Origin: Waddliaceae bacterium
GTDB taxonomy: Bacteria; Chlamydiota; Chlamydiia; Chlamydiales; Waddliaceae
Assembly: GCA_963724325.1 (NCBI GenBank)
Contig: CAVRUH010000008.1
Location: forward strand, 1 to 43,951
DNA: 43,951 bases
Reading direction: 5' to 3'
Below are positions 29,757 through 37,806 of this stretch, one piece after another. Below the pieces are notes generated by a model that ran no database searches, had not been told where the DNA came from, and saw nothing but the letters and a program-made list of their open reading frames with translations. The first letter of the stretch is position 1. Each line of letters begins with the position of its first letter. The translations under genes and the position numbers were made by a program.

Positions 29757-31196
29757 TTATTTCTTGTTAGGAGGTTTTGCAGGAAGGATGCTAAAATCGT
29801 ACATTGTTAGACTTTGGTTAGGCGCTGACCTATGAAAGAGCCTTTTCCCATCGAAGTACATTTTATCATGGTAAGTACTATCGAAATTTGCAAATTTTGA
29901 TTGAATATTACCAACCCATTTGGAGAGAGTTAAATCCCATAAATGAACGCCGTCAGACGTGGCAAAATAACAGATGTCATCTTGAAAAAGGCACTTTGAA
30001 TTCTTACAATTTTCCCATTTGCCGAGTATTTTTCCGGTGAGAATATTTAGAATAATTAACTCATCAGGGTCGCTAGTGGAAATGAATGCTGTGTTCTGTT
30101 TAGCATATACTTTTAAAATAGTGCCTTTGGTGGTAAGCAAGTTGGTATCGATGAGTCCTGTTGCTAGATCCCAGGCAACAAGTGTATTTGGTTTACCACC
30201 TGGCGTCCCAATCAATAAATTTGCAATTTCGCAATAGGCGGGCAGGCAATTCATCTCCATGGAATGCAGTAATTTACCATTATTTATGTCGTGTATTTGA
30301 GTGTCAAAAGGATCATATTCAGTGAGAACAAGGAATTTATTAGTTGAGAGAAATTGATGCCCCCATTCGATAGTATAGAGTATGGCTCCTTTGTCAATAT
30401 CAATGACATGCAAAATTCCATATATATCAATAGAGAAGAATAAATCTCCAATTAATTTGGAGTAGTAAAGCGGAGTTTGAGAAATGGGGACTTTGAAAGG
30501 TTGTTTGAGCAAGGTATTTGTTTTGTAGTCCCGGATTTTCATTTTCCCACCTGGGGTAGTATAAATCACACAAGAACTGTCCATGTGATAAAAAGCGTAA
30601 TTGGGAATAAATTTGGCGAAAACACAGACCCCGTCTATTGCTCTCCAAATTGAAATTTGTTTGGCTTCTCGACCTACGCCACACAAATCTATGGCGAAGT
30701 ATTGATCATCTAAGGAACACATGTTCTTTAGGTTGCTTGGAAATGGAATCGAAGCTAAGTTAGGAAGGCTCTTTTTAAAGGTTGGTAAAGGGATTCCTGC
30801 TATTTTTTGCAGCGAATTACCAGTTTTTAAATCGAAGGAAGTTATATTACGGTGCATTTCAACAAATTGATATACCCGATCGCTAAATACGGCAAAATTG
30901 TTATTGGAACCAAGCGCCACTATTGGCAAACTCAATTTGTTGAAATTTTTAGAATTTATATTTTTGGTTAACAGATATCGTTCAATGGAAAATTTTTTCC
31001 AGTTTGTAATTTTGGAATAACTCAAATCTGCAAAAGGACTTGTGTGTGCGCAGACATTTTTCCATATGGAATCTGTTGCATCGATGATGTCTTTGAATTT
31101 TTTACAAACCTCCCTGCACTTTCCTAGAACATGGATATCATCGGTTCGTTCAAAAGTATAGGCCAGTAAATTATTATCTAAACTATGGATGCTCAT
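29757..31196 (-). CDS. F-box protein with C-terminal WD40-like beta-propeller
   Basis: N-terminal L..NLLAYTF...CREVCKKFKDI....IWK; repeats ending SFDLKTG, AWDLATG, LWDL. Confidence 0.8.
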   Translation of the reverse strand: MSIHSLDNNLLAYTFERTDDIHVLGKCREVCKKFKDIIDATDSIWKNVCAHTSPFADLSYSKITNWKKFSIERYLLTKNINSKNFNKLSLPIVALGSNNNFAVFSDRVYQFVEMHRNITSFDLKTGNSLQKIAGIPLPTFKKSLPNLASIPFPSNLKNMCSLDDQYFAIDLCGVGREAKQISIWRAIDGVCVFAKFIPNYAFYHMDSSCVIYTTPGGKMKIRDYKTNTLLKQPFKVPISQTPLYYSKLIGDLFFSIDIYGILHVIDIDKGAILYTIEWGHQFLSTNKFLVLTEYDPFDTQIHDINNGKLLHSMEMNCLPAYCEIANLLIGTPGGKPNTLVAWDLATGLIDTNLLTTKGTILKVYAKQNTAFISTSDPDELIILNILTGKILGKWENCKNSKCLFQDDICYFATSDGVHLWDLTLSKWVGNIQSKFANFDSTYHDKMYFDGKRLFHRSAPNQSLTMYDFSILPAKPPNKK

Positions 31197-31290
31197 GCTT
31201 TATTTCCCCCAAACTGTAATTTGAACAACATTATTGCATTCCTTATAATATATGTCAAACAATTTCCAATTATGGTGATCAGTGGACTAA

Positions 31291-31444
31291 GGGATCGTAA
31301 GAAAATAACTTTTACAGTTCTCGAGGGAAAAATCGATTCATCTTTTGAGGATTTTTCCTCGGGGGTATGATGAGATACCCCTCTCGGAAAAATCCTCAAA
31401 ATCTGAACCGTTTTTCTCCTCGAGAACTGTAAAATTTATTTCCC
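31291..31444. mobile_element. Palindromic MITE/REP-like element
   Basis: GGGA...TCCC ends flanked by TAA on both sides; arms TTTTACAGTTCTCGAGG...TTTTGAGGATTTTTCC..GGGGTAT inverted around GATGAG. Confidence 0.6.
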
Positions 31445-33933
31445 TAAGCCAGACCTTTTTCAGCGCACAAAAGGTACAGTTGACTAGTTGGAGGAAGATT
31501 TCTCCAGCAAAATCCCAACTTTGCTGTCCATTCCTTTTCTAGCTCAACCATCCCCTGCACTAAAGCATCAGTATGTTCCTCTTCCCAACCTTTTTCAGGG
31601 ATAAGTTTTTCCATGACCCAGGTGTAAAACCGAGCAGCATCCATTCTAGGCATGTCAATATCAAAATTCGGATATAAAATTTCTCCATCTAGTAAATTAT
31701 TCCTTACTTCGTCTTCCGGAAACTTACGGACGATTAGATCCCTCATTTGATGACCTTCTTTAGTAATCACTGAATCTTGAATGGTATGCCACAAATCGTG
31801 AATCGTAGTACTTAAATGACTAGAAGTGATGCGCGTGTCAATGGCTATCGGCTCCTCTTTGCAATGTGGGGGCCAATACAACTGTACAGGACGGCACATA
31901 CCTTCGTGCATCTCTTCGAAAAGATCCACAGGGAGAAATTTTGCCCCTTCCGGCGGCATAAAATATGCTGGAGGATGAGGATGCATGTTGATGCTTTCTA
32001 ATACAAGCCTGTGTATCGAAGCGCTGGGAATAATGAGTTCCGTGAGGCCCTCGTCATCTCGCCTGCGGAATGGACAAAATACAAGGTTGCCGTGAACTTT
32101 AATTTTATGTTTCTGAGCCCAGATCAGAGGAGAAAATTCATATAAACCTACCGGTGCGCGTATGCGAAATAACGTCTTCTCCGATAGGGGCATTTTTGCT
32201 TTAAGTATTTGGTCTCGTATCCAACGGTCCACCTCCAGATTAGTTATTCCATAAAAATGAATAATATCTCGAAATGCACTTTCATCTATATCGCCTTCTG
32301 CTGTCAGGAGCGAAACGGCTCGTGGATAATTGGAAGGTACATTTCTTCTCATTTCCCTTATAAGTGGATGCAGAGGTTCCTTGAGTGTTAATGTTGTTAT
32401 TTTCCCCTCAAAAGCTCCTTGTACGGTCTTCTGATCTGGATTGGATGTATTGACAAAGTTCAACCATTGTTGTTTACTCCATGATTCATTTTTAGCTGCA
32501 TAATGTTTAACTATCTGGGGATTATTTATCAACCCTTCATATGCCGCTATCACGGTATTGACGGTGGCAAACTGTTCTATGGAAATCATCCCTTCACGTA
32601 GTGCAAGAAGTAAGTTGTTTATCAAGATCGTTTGTTCAAATCTTGTGCTCATATTTTTCAAGATGGAGTATCCGACAAGAAAATAATCTCCTCTATTAAT
32701 GCTGTTTGCAAATAGGGATGCTAAATCATGATCCGATCTGTCACTTAATTGAGCAGCATGTTTTGGTCTGAAGCGCATGAGCTGGTCATATCCGGTACTT
32801 TTAGCCTCTGTCTTAACTTCACTCAGTTGTTGTGTCGGAATCCTAAAAGTCTCGGATCTACTATTACGCGTCCCAAGTAGAGATACGAGGTTAAATTCCT
32901 TATGCAACGACTTAAGTTGATAGTACAAAATTTGGGCATAAGGTCCACCTACGCAATCCTTGCCTGCATATTCGTTTCCTGATTTAATTTTATTACCAGT
33001 ATAGACAGGGAAATCCTTACAACTTGTTTCTGCAACATTCGGATTCCTAATTTCATGAATCAAACGAAAAATGGTGGCTGAAGGAATAATAAACTCGGTA
33101 TATTTTTCCAAGACTTTTGACAAAAAAATGTTTTTGACGGGTCTGAAAGTGCGTCTTCCATTATAAGACGTAAGGTGCCGGCTAAGCTTGGATAGCATAG
33201 GAGAAATTTCTTGAAATCTTACGGGAAGGCGCATTGTAAAGATAGTTTTTTCCCCTCTTGGAATATTATTGCTAGCAATTTTGACTCGAAATTTCCTTTC
33301 CTCCATATAATCGAGTCCAAAATAGTGGACCAGTTTCTCCATTGCAGGATAATGAGTGATTCCATTATTATCTATTACTCTTTCTGCTTTCAGCATAAAA
33401 TCGGTTGAAGAGTAAACGAGAGTCCTGATCGGTTTTGGAACGGGGCGTTCAATTACGAGTTTAGAATTAAATAAATGCCAAGAAATAATTGTGTCATCAT
33501 GCATTCTGTGTAAAAAATTTGATACTGTGTCTTTTGTACAGTCGCTTGATACCTCGATTTCTGTAAGATATTGTGGAAATTCTAACAAACAGTCATGTGC
33601 CGCAATGATGCTATTGAAGGTCATAAATAGCTCGTCAGAGAGCAATCCCTTGGCATGAGCTTGAGCAGCAATTTTTAGCGATTGTTTGTGGTTTCCAGAT
33701 TGTTTTGGAAGAAGTTCATCCCATTCTCCCATAATTAACTTTTGGGAAAAAGATATAAGTATATTTAGGCCCCCATCTTTAGGCTCGCTACGTGAAGATT
33801 TAAGGCTTTGACGGGCTGCTGCGGCTATTTTTTCTTCGACGGGATTGGGATCCCACCTCTTGCTCGACCCGCCTGCATTGTAAGCGGGCGAATTAATAGG
33901 TCCATATGCTTTAATGATATTGGATGACATCAA
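31444..33933 (-). CDS. 829-aa hypothetical protein with internal domain duplication (candidate effector)
   Basis: Two homologous ~210-aa units; C-terminal IHDLWH. Confidence 0.78.
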   Translation of the reverse strand: MMSSNIIKAYGPINSPAYNAGGSSKRWDPNPVEEKIAAAARQSLKSSRSEPKDGGLNILISFSQKLIMGEWDELLPKQSGNHKQSLKIAAQAHAKGLLSDELFMTFNSIIAAHDCLLEFPQYLTEIEVSSDCTKDTVSNFLHRMHDDTIISWHLFNSKLVIERPVPKPIRTLVYSSTDFMLKAERVIDNNGITHYPAMEKLVHYFGLDYMEERKFRVKIASNNIPRGEKTIFTMRLPVRFQEISPMLSKLSRHLTSYNGRRTFRPVKNIFLSKVLEKYTEFIIPSATIFRLIHEIRNPNVAETSCKDFPVYTGNKIKSGNEYAGKDCVGGPYAQILYYQLKSLHKEFNLVSLLGTRNSRSETFRIPTQQLSEVKTEAKSTGYDQLMRFRPKHAAQLSDRSDHDLASLFANSINRGDYFLVGYSILKNMSTRFEQTILINNLLLALREGMISIEQFATVNTVIAAYEGLINNPQIVKHYAAKNESWSKQQWLNFVNTSNPDQKTVQGAFEGKITTLTLKEPLHPLIREMRRNVPSNYPRAVSLLTAEGDIDESAFRDIIHFYGITNLEVDRWIRDQILKAKMPLSEKTLFRIRAPVGLYEFSPLIWAQKHKIKVHGNLVFCPFRRRDDEGLTELIIPSASIHRLVLESINMHPHPPAYFMPPEGAKFLPVDLFEEMHEGMCRPVQLYWPPHCKEEPIAIDTRITSSHLSTTIHDLWHTIQDSVITKEGHQMRDLIVRKFPEDEVRNNLLDGEILYPNFDIDMPRMDAARFYTWVMEKLIPEKGWEEEHTDALVQGMVELEKEWTAKLGFCWRNLPPTSQLYLLCAEKGLA

Positions 33934-34044
33934 AATACTCCAAGTCTAAATAAGTAAAGAATCTTATTATAAATAAAAATTAATTACAATAAAAAAAGCA
34001 CTCTATACTGCCGCATTCGCATCAAGTAAAGTTTAAAAAGGACG

Positions 34045-34166
34045 ACGCCGAATATGGAGTGACCCAATTCATTGGGCTCGGTGAATGGCGATATCTTGCC
34101 ATTCACAGGGCCGAATAAATTCGGCCCTGAAAAAGACCCAATGAATATGGTCACTCCATACGGCGT
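34045..34166. repeat. Branched palindromic element (REP/REPIN-like)
   Basis: Outer stem ACGCCG..TATGGAGTGACC..ATTCATTGGG / CCCAATGAAT..GGTCACTCCATACGGCGT enclosing hairpins at 34081-34106 and 34106-34129. Confidence 0.8.
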
Positions 34167-34218
34167 GAAGAAATTCCATAAAATTAATTCCCAATTTGAG
34201 GCTTGTTAGTTTTTCAGC

Positions 34219-35055
34219 TTAATTATTTGGTTTTTTAGGGGTGGCTGCAATTCTCACGCATTTTGAATAATAAGCACAATAGTGATCGTCCTTTTCAAAC
34301 AAGCGTAATTGTTGAATGGCCTTGTCGAATTCATTTTCGGTCGTAAAACCTATATCCAATAGTTTTTGTTTCGTTTCTTGCAGGCCTAAGCGCAGTAGTT
34401 TTTTCTGGCGTTTTGTAACGAGGCCATGAGCAAAAGTATGTCTTGAAAATGGAATGAGTCCATTTTCAAAAAAAAGTCCATGTAACTTTGTTTCAAATGA
34501 CTCAATAGACCCCTGCAAACGCCTTTGAGGTTCTACAGCACTTACCCAATAGTCGTAACCATCTTGTTGCGGAACGCAAGAGAAGTTTTCCCAATCAGCA
34601 ATCTCGCTAGAAACCATAACGCCATTTGGAGATAAAATGGAATGGGCAATTTTAATGACTTTTTCGGGTTCTTTTAGATGGCATAGTACGAAATGTGTAT
34701 AGATTATATCGAATTTTTCAGTGAATTGACCAATATCATAGGCTGATAATTGACGGAATTTGACATTTTTTACTTTCAATTGTTCTGCTAGGTTCTGAGA
34801 TAATTCTATTTGTTCTTTGCTAATGTCTACTCCGATAACATGTCCATTTGGACCAACTAATTCGGCGATTTTACATGCCAAAATTCCTGTTCCACAACCG
34901 ATATCAAGAACGGTCATGCCCTCTTTTAGCCCAGAATCTTTTAAAAAGATCAAAAAGCCAGGATTCATAAGTTCGTTAAGTATCTCCAGCCTTTTATTCC
35001 CTTTTTCTCCAGTTTGAAGCATGTAAGCATCTGCACGCCTGGTTTCACCAATCAT
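34219..35055 (-). CDS. Class I SAM-dependent methyltransferase
   Basis: VLDIGCGTG, VIGVDIS, FDII, LSPNG; start moved to ATG 35055 behind a promoter and GGAAGGA RBS. Confidence 0.9.
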   Translation of the reverse strand: MIGETRRADAYMLQTGEKGNKRLEILNELMNPGFLIFLKDSGLKEGMTVLDIGCGTGILACKIAELVGPNGHVIGVDISKEQIELSQNLAEQLKVKNVKFRQLSAYDIGQFTEKFDIIYTHFVLCHLKEPEKVIKIAHSILSPNGVMVSSEIADWENFSCVPQQDGYDYWVSAVEPQRRLQGSIESFETKLHGLFFENGLIPFSRHTFAHGLVTKRQKKLLRLGLQETKQKLLDIGFTTENEFDKAIQQLRLFEKDDHYCAYYSKCVRIAATPKKPNN

Positions 35056-35062
35056 AAGTCCT

Positions 35063-35120
35063 TCCATTTCTTTAAAATTGGGTTCAATATAGAAAGTCAG
35101 ATGAAAGTTGTCAACAAGTT
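35063..35120 (-). promoter_or_regulatory. 58-bp direct repeat copy 1 containing a sigma70/sigma66-type promoter
   Basis: Minus strand TTGACA (35114-35109), 17 bp, TATATT (35091-35086); identical to 37593-37650. Confidence 0.8.
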
Positions 35121-35177
35121 GCATGAAATTGGACGTGAGTGTGCACATTTTGTGCATAAAATTCAATGGAGTTATTC

Positions 35178-36038
35178 CTATTGGTTTCTTTGTAACTCAT
35201 CGTAAAATGCAGAAACTTTCTTGAAGCTATCATCAAGACTTTCATCGATACCACAATCAACTGCCATCGTTGTGAAAGGTTTTACCCAACTTGTTGGTGG
35301 TTTTGGCAAAATCAAGGGTAATAGGTGTGTATTTCTTGCTCTGAATACTCTGCTGAGTGCATTTTGGAAAGTTCTAGTTTCTTGATTTTTGATTTTTAAT
35401 AGTAGTATCAAATCGATAAGGTCCTTTGTGCGCGTATTGATTTGATTTCTGGGGAAGGGGTAGGCGTGCACCTTCTCGGCAAATTGTTGCGCTTGGGAGA
35501 TAATGGGAATAGCAGGAGCTGGAATGTCATAGAACTCAAGCCAATTTTCTCCGGTGATTATCTCTGTGTCATCAATAAGAAAGTCTCCCCCTACATCGAT
35601 CGGAAACTCAGAAAATAGTTTGTTGTCAATAATCGACGTAACAATATGACGTGAACCCCCATAAGGGGCATTTTCAATGTCAATTTGGGGGAGACCAATA
35701 CGGTAGATAAAATGGTCATTTAAATTGATTTGGGCAAAGGTTTGGAGCTCTTGCAAAATCAATTCACTCATGGGTTCTTTTAAAGTCTCCGCACGCTTGA
35801 GATAGGTAAAATCCATATCTTTTGTGGCGCGGGCATTGCTAAAGCGTAATTCCATGGCATACCCTCCCTTTAAGAAAAACGAGGATTGCTGACGATTGAA
35901 AATTCTTGCTAAAAGACGATCGAAAGCAACCCTTCGGCGCAGACGGACTATGTTTTCGCCTGTCTTGACAGAGTGCTTGTCAAGGTGATTACCTAAGTGT
36001 TTGAGAAAGTTGGCAGCTGTTTTTAAATTATTGGTCAT
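35178..36038 (-). CDS. abiEii: AbiEii-family nucleotidyltransferase toxin (type IV TA)
   Basis: RRRVAFDRLLAR, LKGGYAMELR..RATKDMD, AEKVHAY, TRTKDLID. Confidence 0.9.
   Translation of the reverse strand: MTNNLKTAANFLKHLGNHLDKHSVKTGENIVRLRRRVAFDRLLARIFNRQQSSFFLKGGYAMELRFSNARATKDMDFTYLKRAETLKEPMSELILQELQTFAQINLNDHFIYRIGLPQIDIENAPYGGSRHIVTSIIDNKLFSEFPIDVGGDFLIDDTEIITGENWLEFYDIPAPAIPIISQAQQFAEKVHAYPFPRNQINTRTKDLIDLILLLKIKNQETRTFQNALSRVFRARNTHLLPLILPKPPTSWVKPFTTMAVDCGIDESLDDSFKKVSAFYDELQRNQ
35205..35245. repeat. 41-bp direct repeat copy 1 (within abiEii 3' end)
   Basis: Matches 37544-37584 at 40/41 positions. Confidence 0.9.
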
Positions 36039-37437
36039 GTGTTTTTCCTAGTCTTGAGATTACTGAAAGAATGGACTGGGGTCCGTGAAAATAGACGTTT
36101 CGCTGCCCTGACGATGGATTGTAGCCATCTGGAGCTTGAGTAATTGCTATGCCAATTAACGTAGGAATGTTATTTGTAAATTTCCAAAGCCCACTTCCGC
36201 TAAGTCCTTCGAAGGATTTAATCACCTTCCTTCGTAAATTTCTTATCTCATACGTATGATTGCTGACTGGGCATACAATATAATCTAGTTCTCGCAGTTG
36301 ATTGTAGTTTGAAGCAACAAAAGCATAGGGACCCATGTTTAATTGGCATGTTTTTGAGTCATCTAGATAAATTGGCTCGATGCCGCCAAGCGAGATAAGG
36401 GCATCGTTCAATGAAAACCCCTTTAGTTCATCAGTTATTTTGTAAAAAGCTTTAAAATTATTTAAAATATCAATGATTTGTTGTTCAGGTATAATGATTG
36501 CCAAATCTTTTGCTTGATTTGAAATGACGTCATTAAGTTTATCTTCAGGAAGAGCAGAATCCCATTCAATTACTTTGAAATTTTTTGTTGCTTGAGCGGG
36601 ATATTCTCTTCGGATGGTATCAAAGCGTAGAATCAGTTTTACAGATTTTGATCTGCGAAGGTCTCTACCGACATGTCCTGCTGTTAGCAGGAAGTATTGC
36701 GATTTGTATTGGCATAACACTGCAGTAGCAAATCTAACGTCGTCCAGGGCTAATCCAATTGTATAGGGTTCTATCATCCGTCCTAAATCTGCTAGTTGTA
36801 TACTAGCACGAGTCCAAACTTTATCGACTGCATGAACGATAATTTTTCGCAATTCATGTTCTTCCGTGAATTTCTGGAGTTCTTCCATTTCTTGAATGGT
36901 TGCAAGACCCTTAACTAAAGATTTTTGGATTGCAAGATCAAGAATTGCAAGTTCGATTTGTTCGTTTTGGGCAGTTCCTTCCCGAACTACATCGGCTAAT
37001 GTTTGTAAAGGAGTGGTTATTCGATATCCTGGTCGATATTCTATGCCAGTTGAGGGGATTTCATTCACATAATGTAGGCGGAGCTGTTGTGGGATTCCTG
37101 CGCTTTTTCTAAAACCTTTCGGCACAGACATATGGAGTTTGGATGGTGAGACGTCGCTAAGTTCATGAATGTCTAGTGCAGTTTCATGTGACCATATTCC
37201 CTGAGGTATGCCATCCTTATTTCTACTCCAAAGCATCCATAGTGTAAGTTCTGGCCTTGAAGAGTGAGGATAATTAGCAAGCCGATAAATGCCTCGAATT
37301 TCTTCTTTAAGCCATTTTCCCGATTTAATCTTCCTTGAAAAATTTGTGCGTGAAAAGCCGCATTGCTCTGCTTGCTGGCTGGTGAAGTAGCCTTGTTGGC
37401 TTTCGCAGATTTGGAGTAGTTTAGCCTCTTTGTTCAT
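36028..37437 (-). CDS. abiEi: AbiEi-family antitoxin fused to C-terminal trypsin-like serine protease
   Basis: N-half: QQGYFT..QA, RGIYRL, SHETAL..H.LSD, TTPLQTLAD. C-half: LLTAGHV, DLAII, GLSGSGLW, LIGI. Likely start MNKEAKLL at 37437; 11-nt overlap with abiEii. Confidence 0.85.
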   Translation of the reverse strand: MNKEAKLLQICESQQGYFTSQQAEQCGFSRTNFSRKIKSGKWLKEEIRGIYRLANYPHSSRPELTLWMLWSRNKDGIPQGIWSHETALDIHELSDVSPSKLHMSVPKGFRKSAGIPQQLRLHYVNEIPSTGIEYRPGYRITTPLQTLADVVREGTAQNEQIELAILDLAIQKSLVKGLATIQEMEELQKFTEEHELRKIIVHAVDKVWTRASIQLADLGRMIEPYTIGLALDDVRFATAVLCQYKSQYFLLTAGHVGRDLRRSKSVKLILRFDTIRREYPAQATKNFKVIEWDSALPEDKLNDVISNQAKDLAIIIPEQQIIDILNNFKAFYKITDELKGFSLNDALISLGGIEPIYLDDSKTCQLNMGPYAFVASNYNQLRELDYIVCPVSNHTYEIRNLRRKVIKSFEGLSGSGLWKFTNNIPTLIGIAITQAPDGYNPSSGQRNVYFHGPQSILSVISRLGKTHDQ

Positions 37438-37543
37438 ATACACATATGTTATCAAAATAATCACTTTTAAGCAAGAGCATAGTATTTTCAAAGTAAATGT
37501 CATGCATTTGATTACATTTATGCTGGTACTTGGATTGTGCTAC

Positions 37544-37584
37544 AAATGCAGAAACTTTCTTGAAGCTATCATCAAGATTTTCAT
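37544..37584. repeat. 41-bp direct repeat copy 2 (abiEii 3' fragment in the leader)
   Basis: AAATGCAGAAACTTTCTTGAAGCTATCATCAAGATTTTCAT vs 35205-35245. Confidence 0.9.
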
Positions 37585-37592
37585 GAGTTGTC

Positions 37593-37650
37593 TCCATTTC
37601 TTTAAAATTGGGTTCAATATAGAAAGTCAGATGAAAGTTGTCAACAAGTT
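37593..37650 (-). promoter_or_regulatory. 58-bp direct repeat copy 2 containing the same promoter
   Basis: Identical to 35063-35120 (offset 2530 bp); TTGACA-N17-TATATT at 37644-37616. Confidence 0.8.
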
Positions 37651-37673
37651 AAATTTGACAAATTGATGCTAAT

Positions 37674-37760
37674 CGGAAGAGGAGGGATTTGAACCCCCGG
37701 TACTCTTTCGAGTACTTCAGTTTTCGAAACTGACGCAATCAGCCGCTCTGCCACTCTTCC
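37674..37760 (-). tRNA. tRNA-Ser(CGA), CCA not encoded
   Basis: Acceptor stem GGAAGAG/CTCTTCC, anticodon arm TCAGT-TTCGAAA-ACTGA, long variable arm, GGTTCAAATCC T-loop, discriminator G. Confidence 0.97.
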
Positions 37761-37806
37761 TAAAGAGGTGCAATTATGCCAAATTTCGTGTTAAAATAAA
37801 AGGAAA

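Noticed and set aside
31185..31542. Short ORFs sharing MRIFPRG
   Set aside because: Both are readings of the palindromic element's arms
34045..34166. tRNA-like cloverleaf
   Set aside because: Only two internal arms, no D- or T-loop consensus, and an over-long closing stem
35056..35166. Extended N-terminus of the methyltransferase in the ORF track
   Set aside because: It runs through the promoter repeat; ATG 35055 has a good RBS
37430..37666. 78-aa plus-strand ORF sharing peptide with 35014-35205
   Set aside because: Antisense translation of the 58-bp DNA repeat, not a gene
33950..37673. Integrase-mediated genomic island at tRNA-Ser
   Set aside because: No integrase and no duplicated tRNA 3' end (att) found by eye in this window
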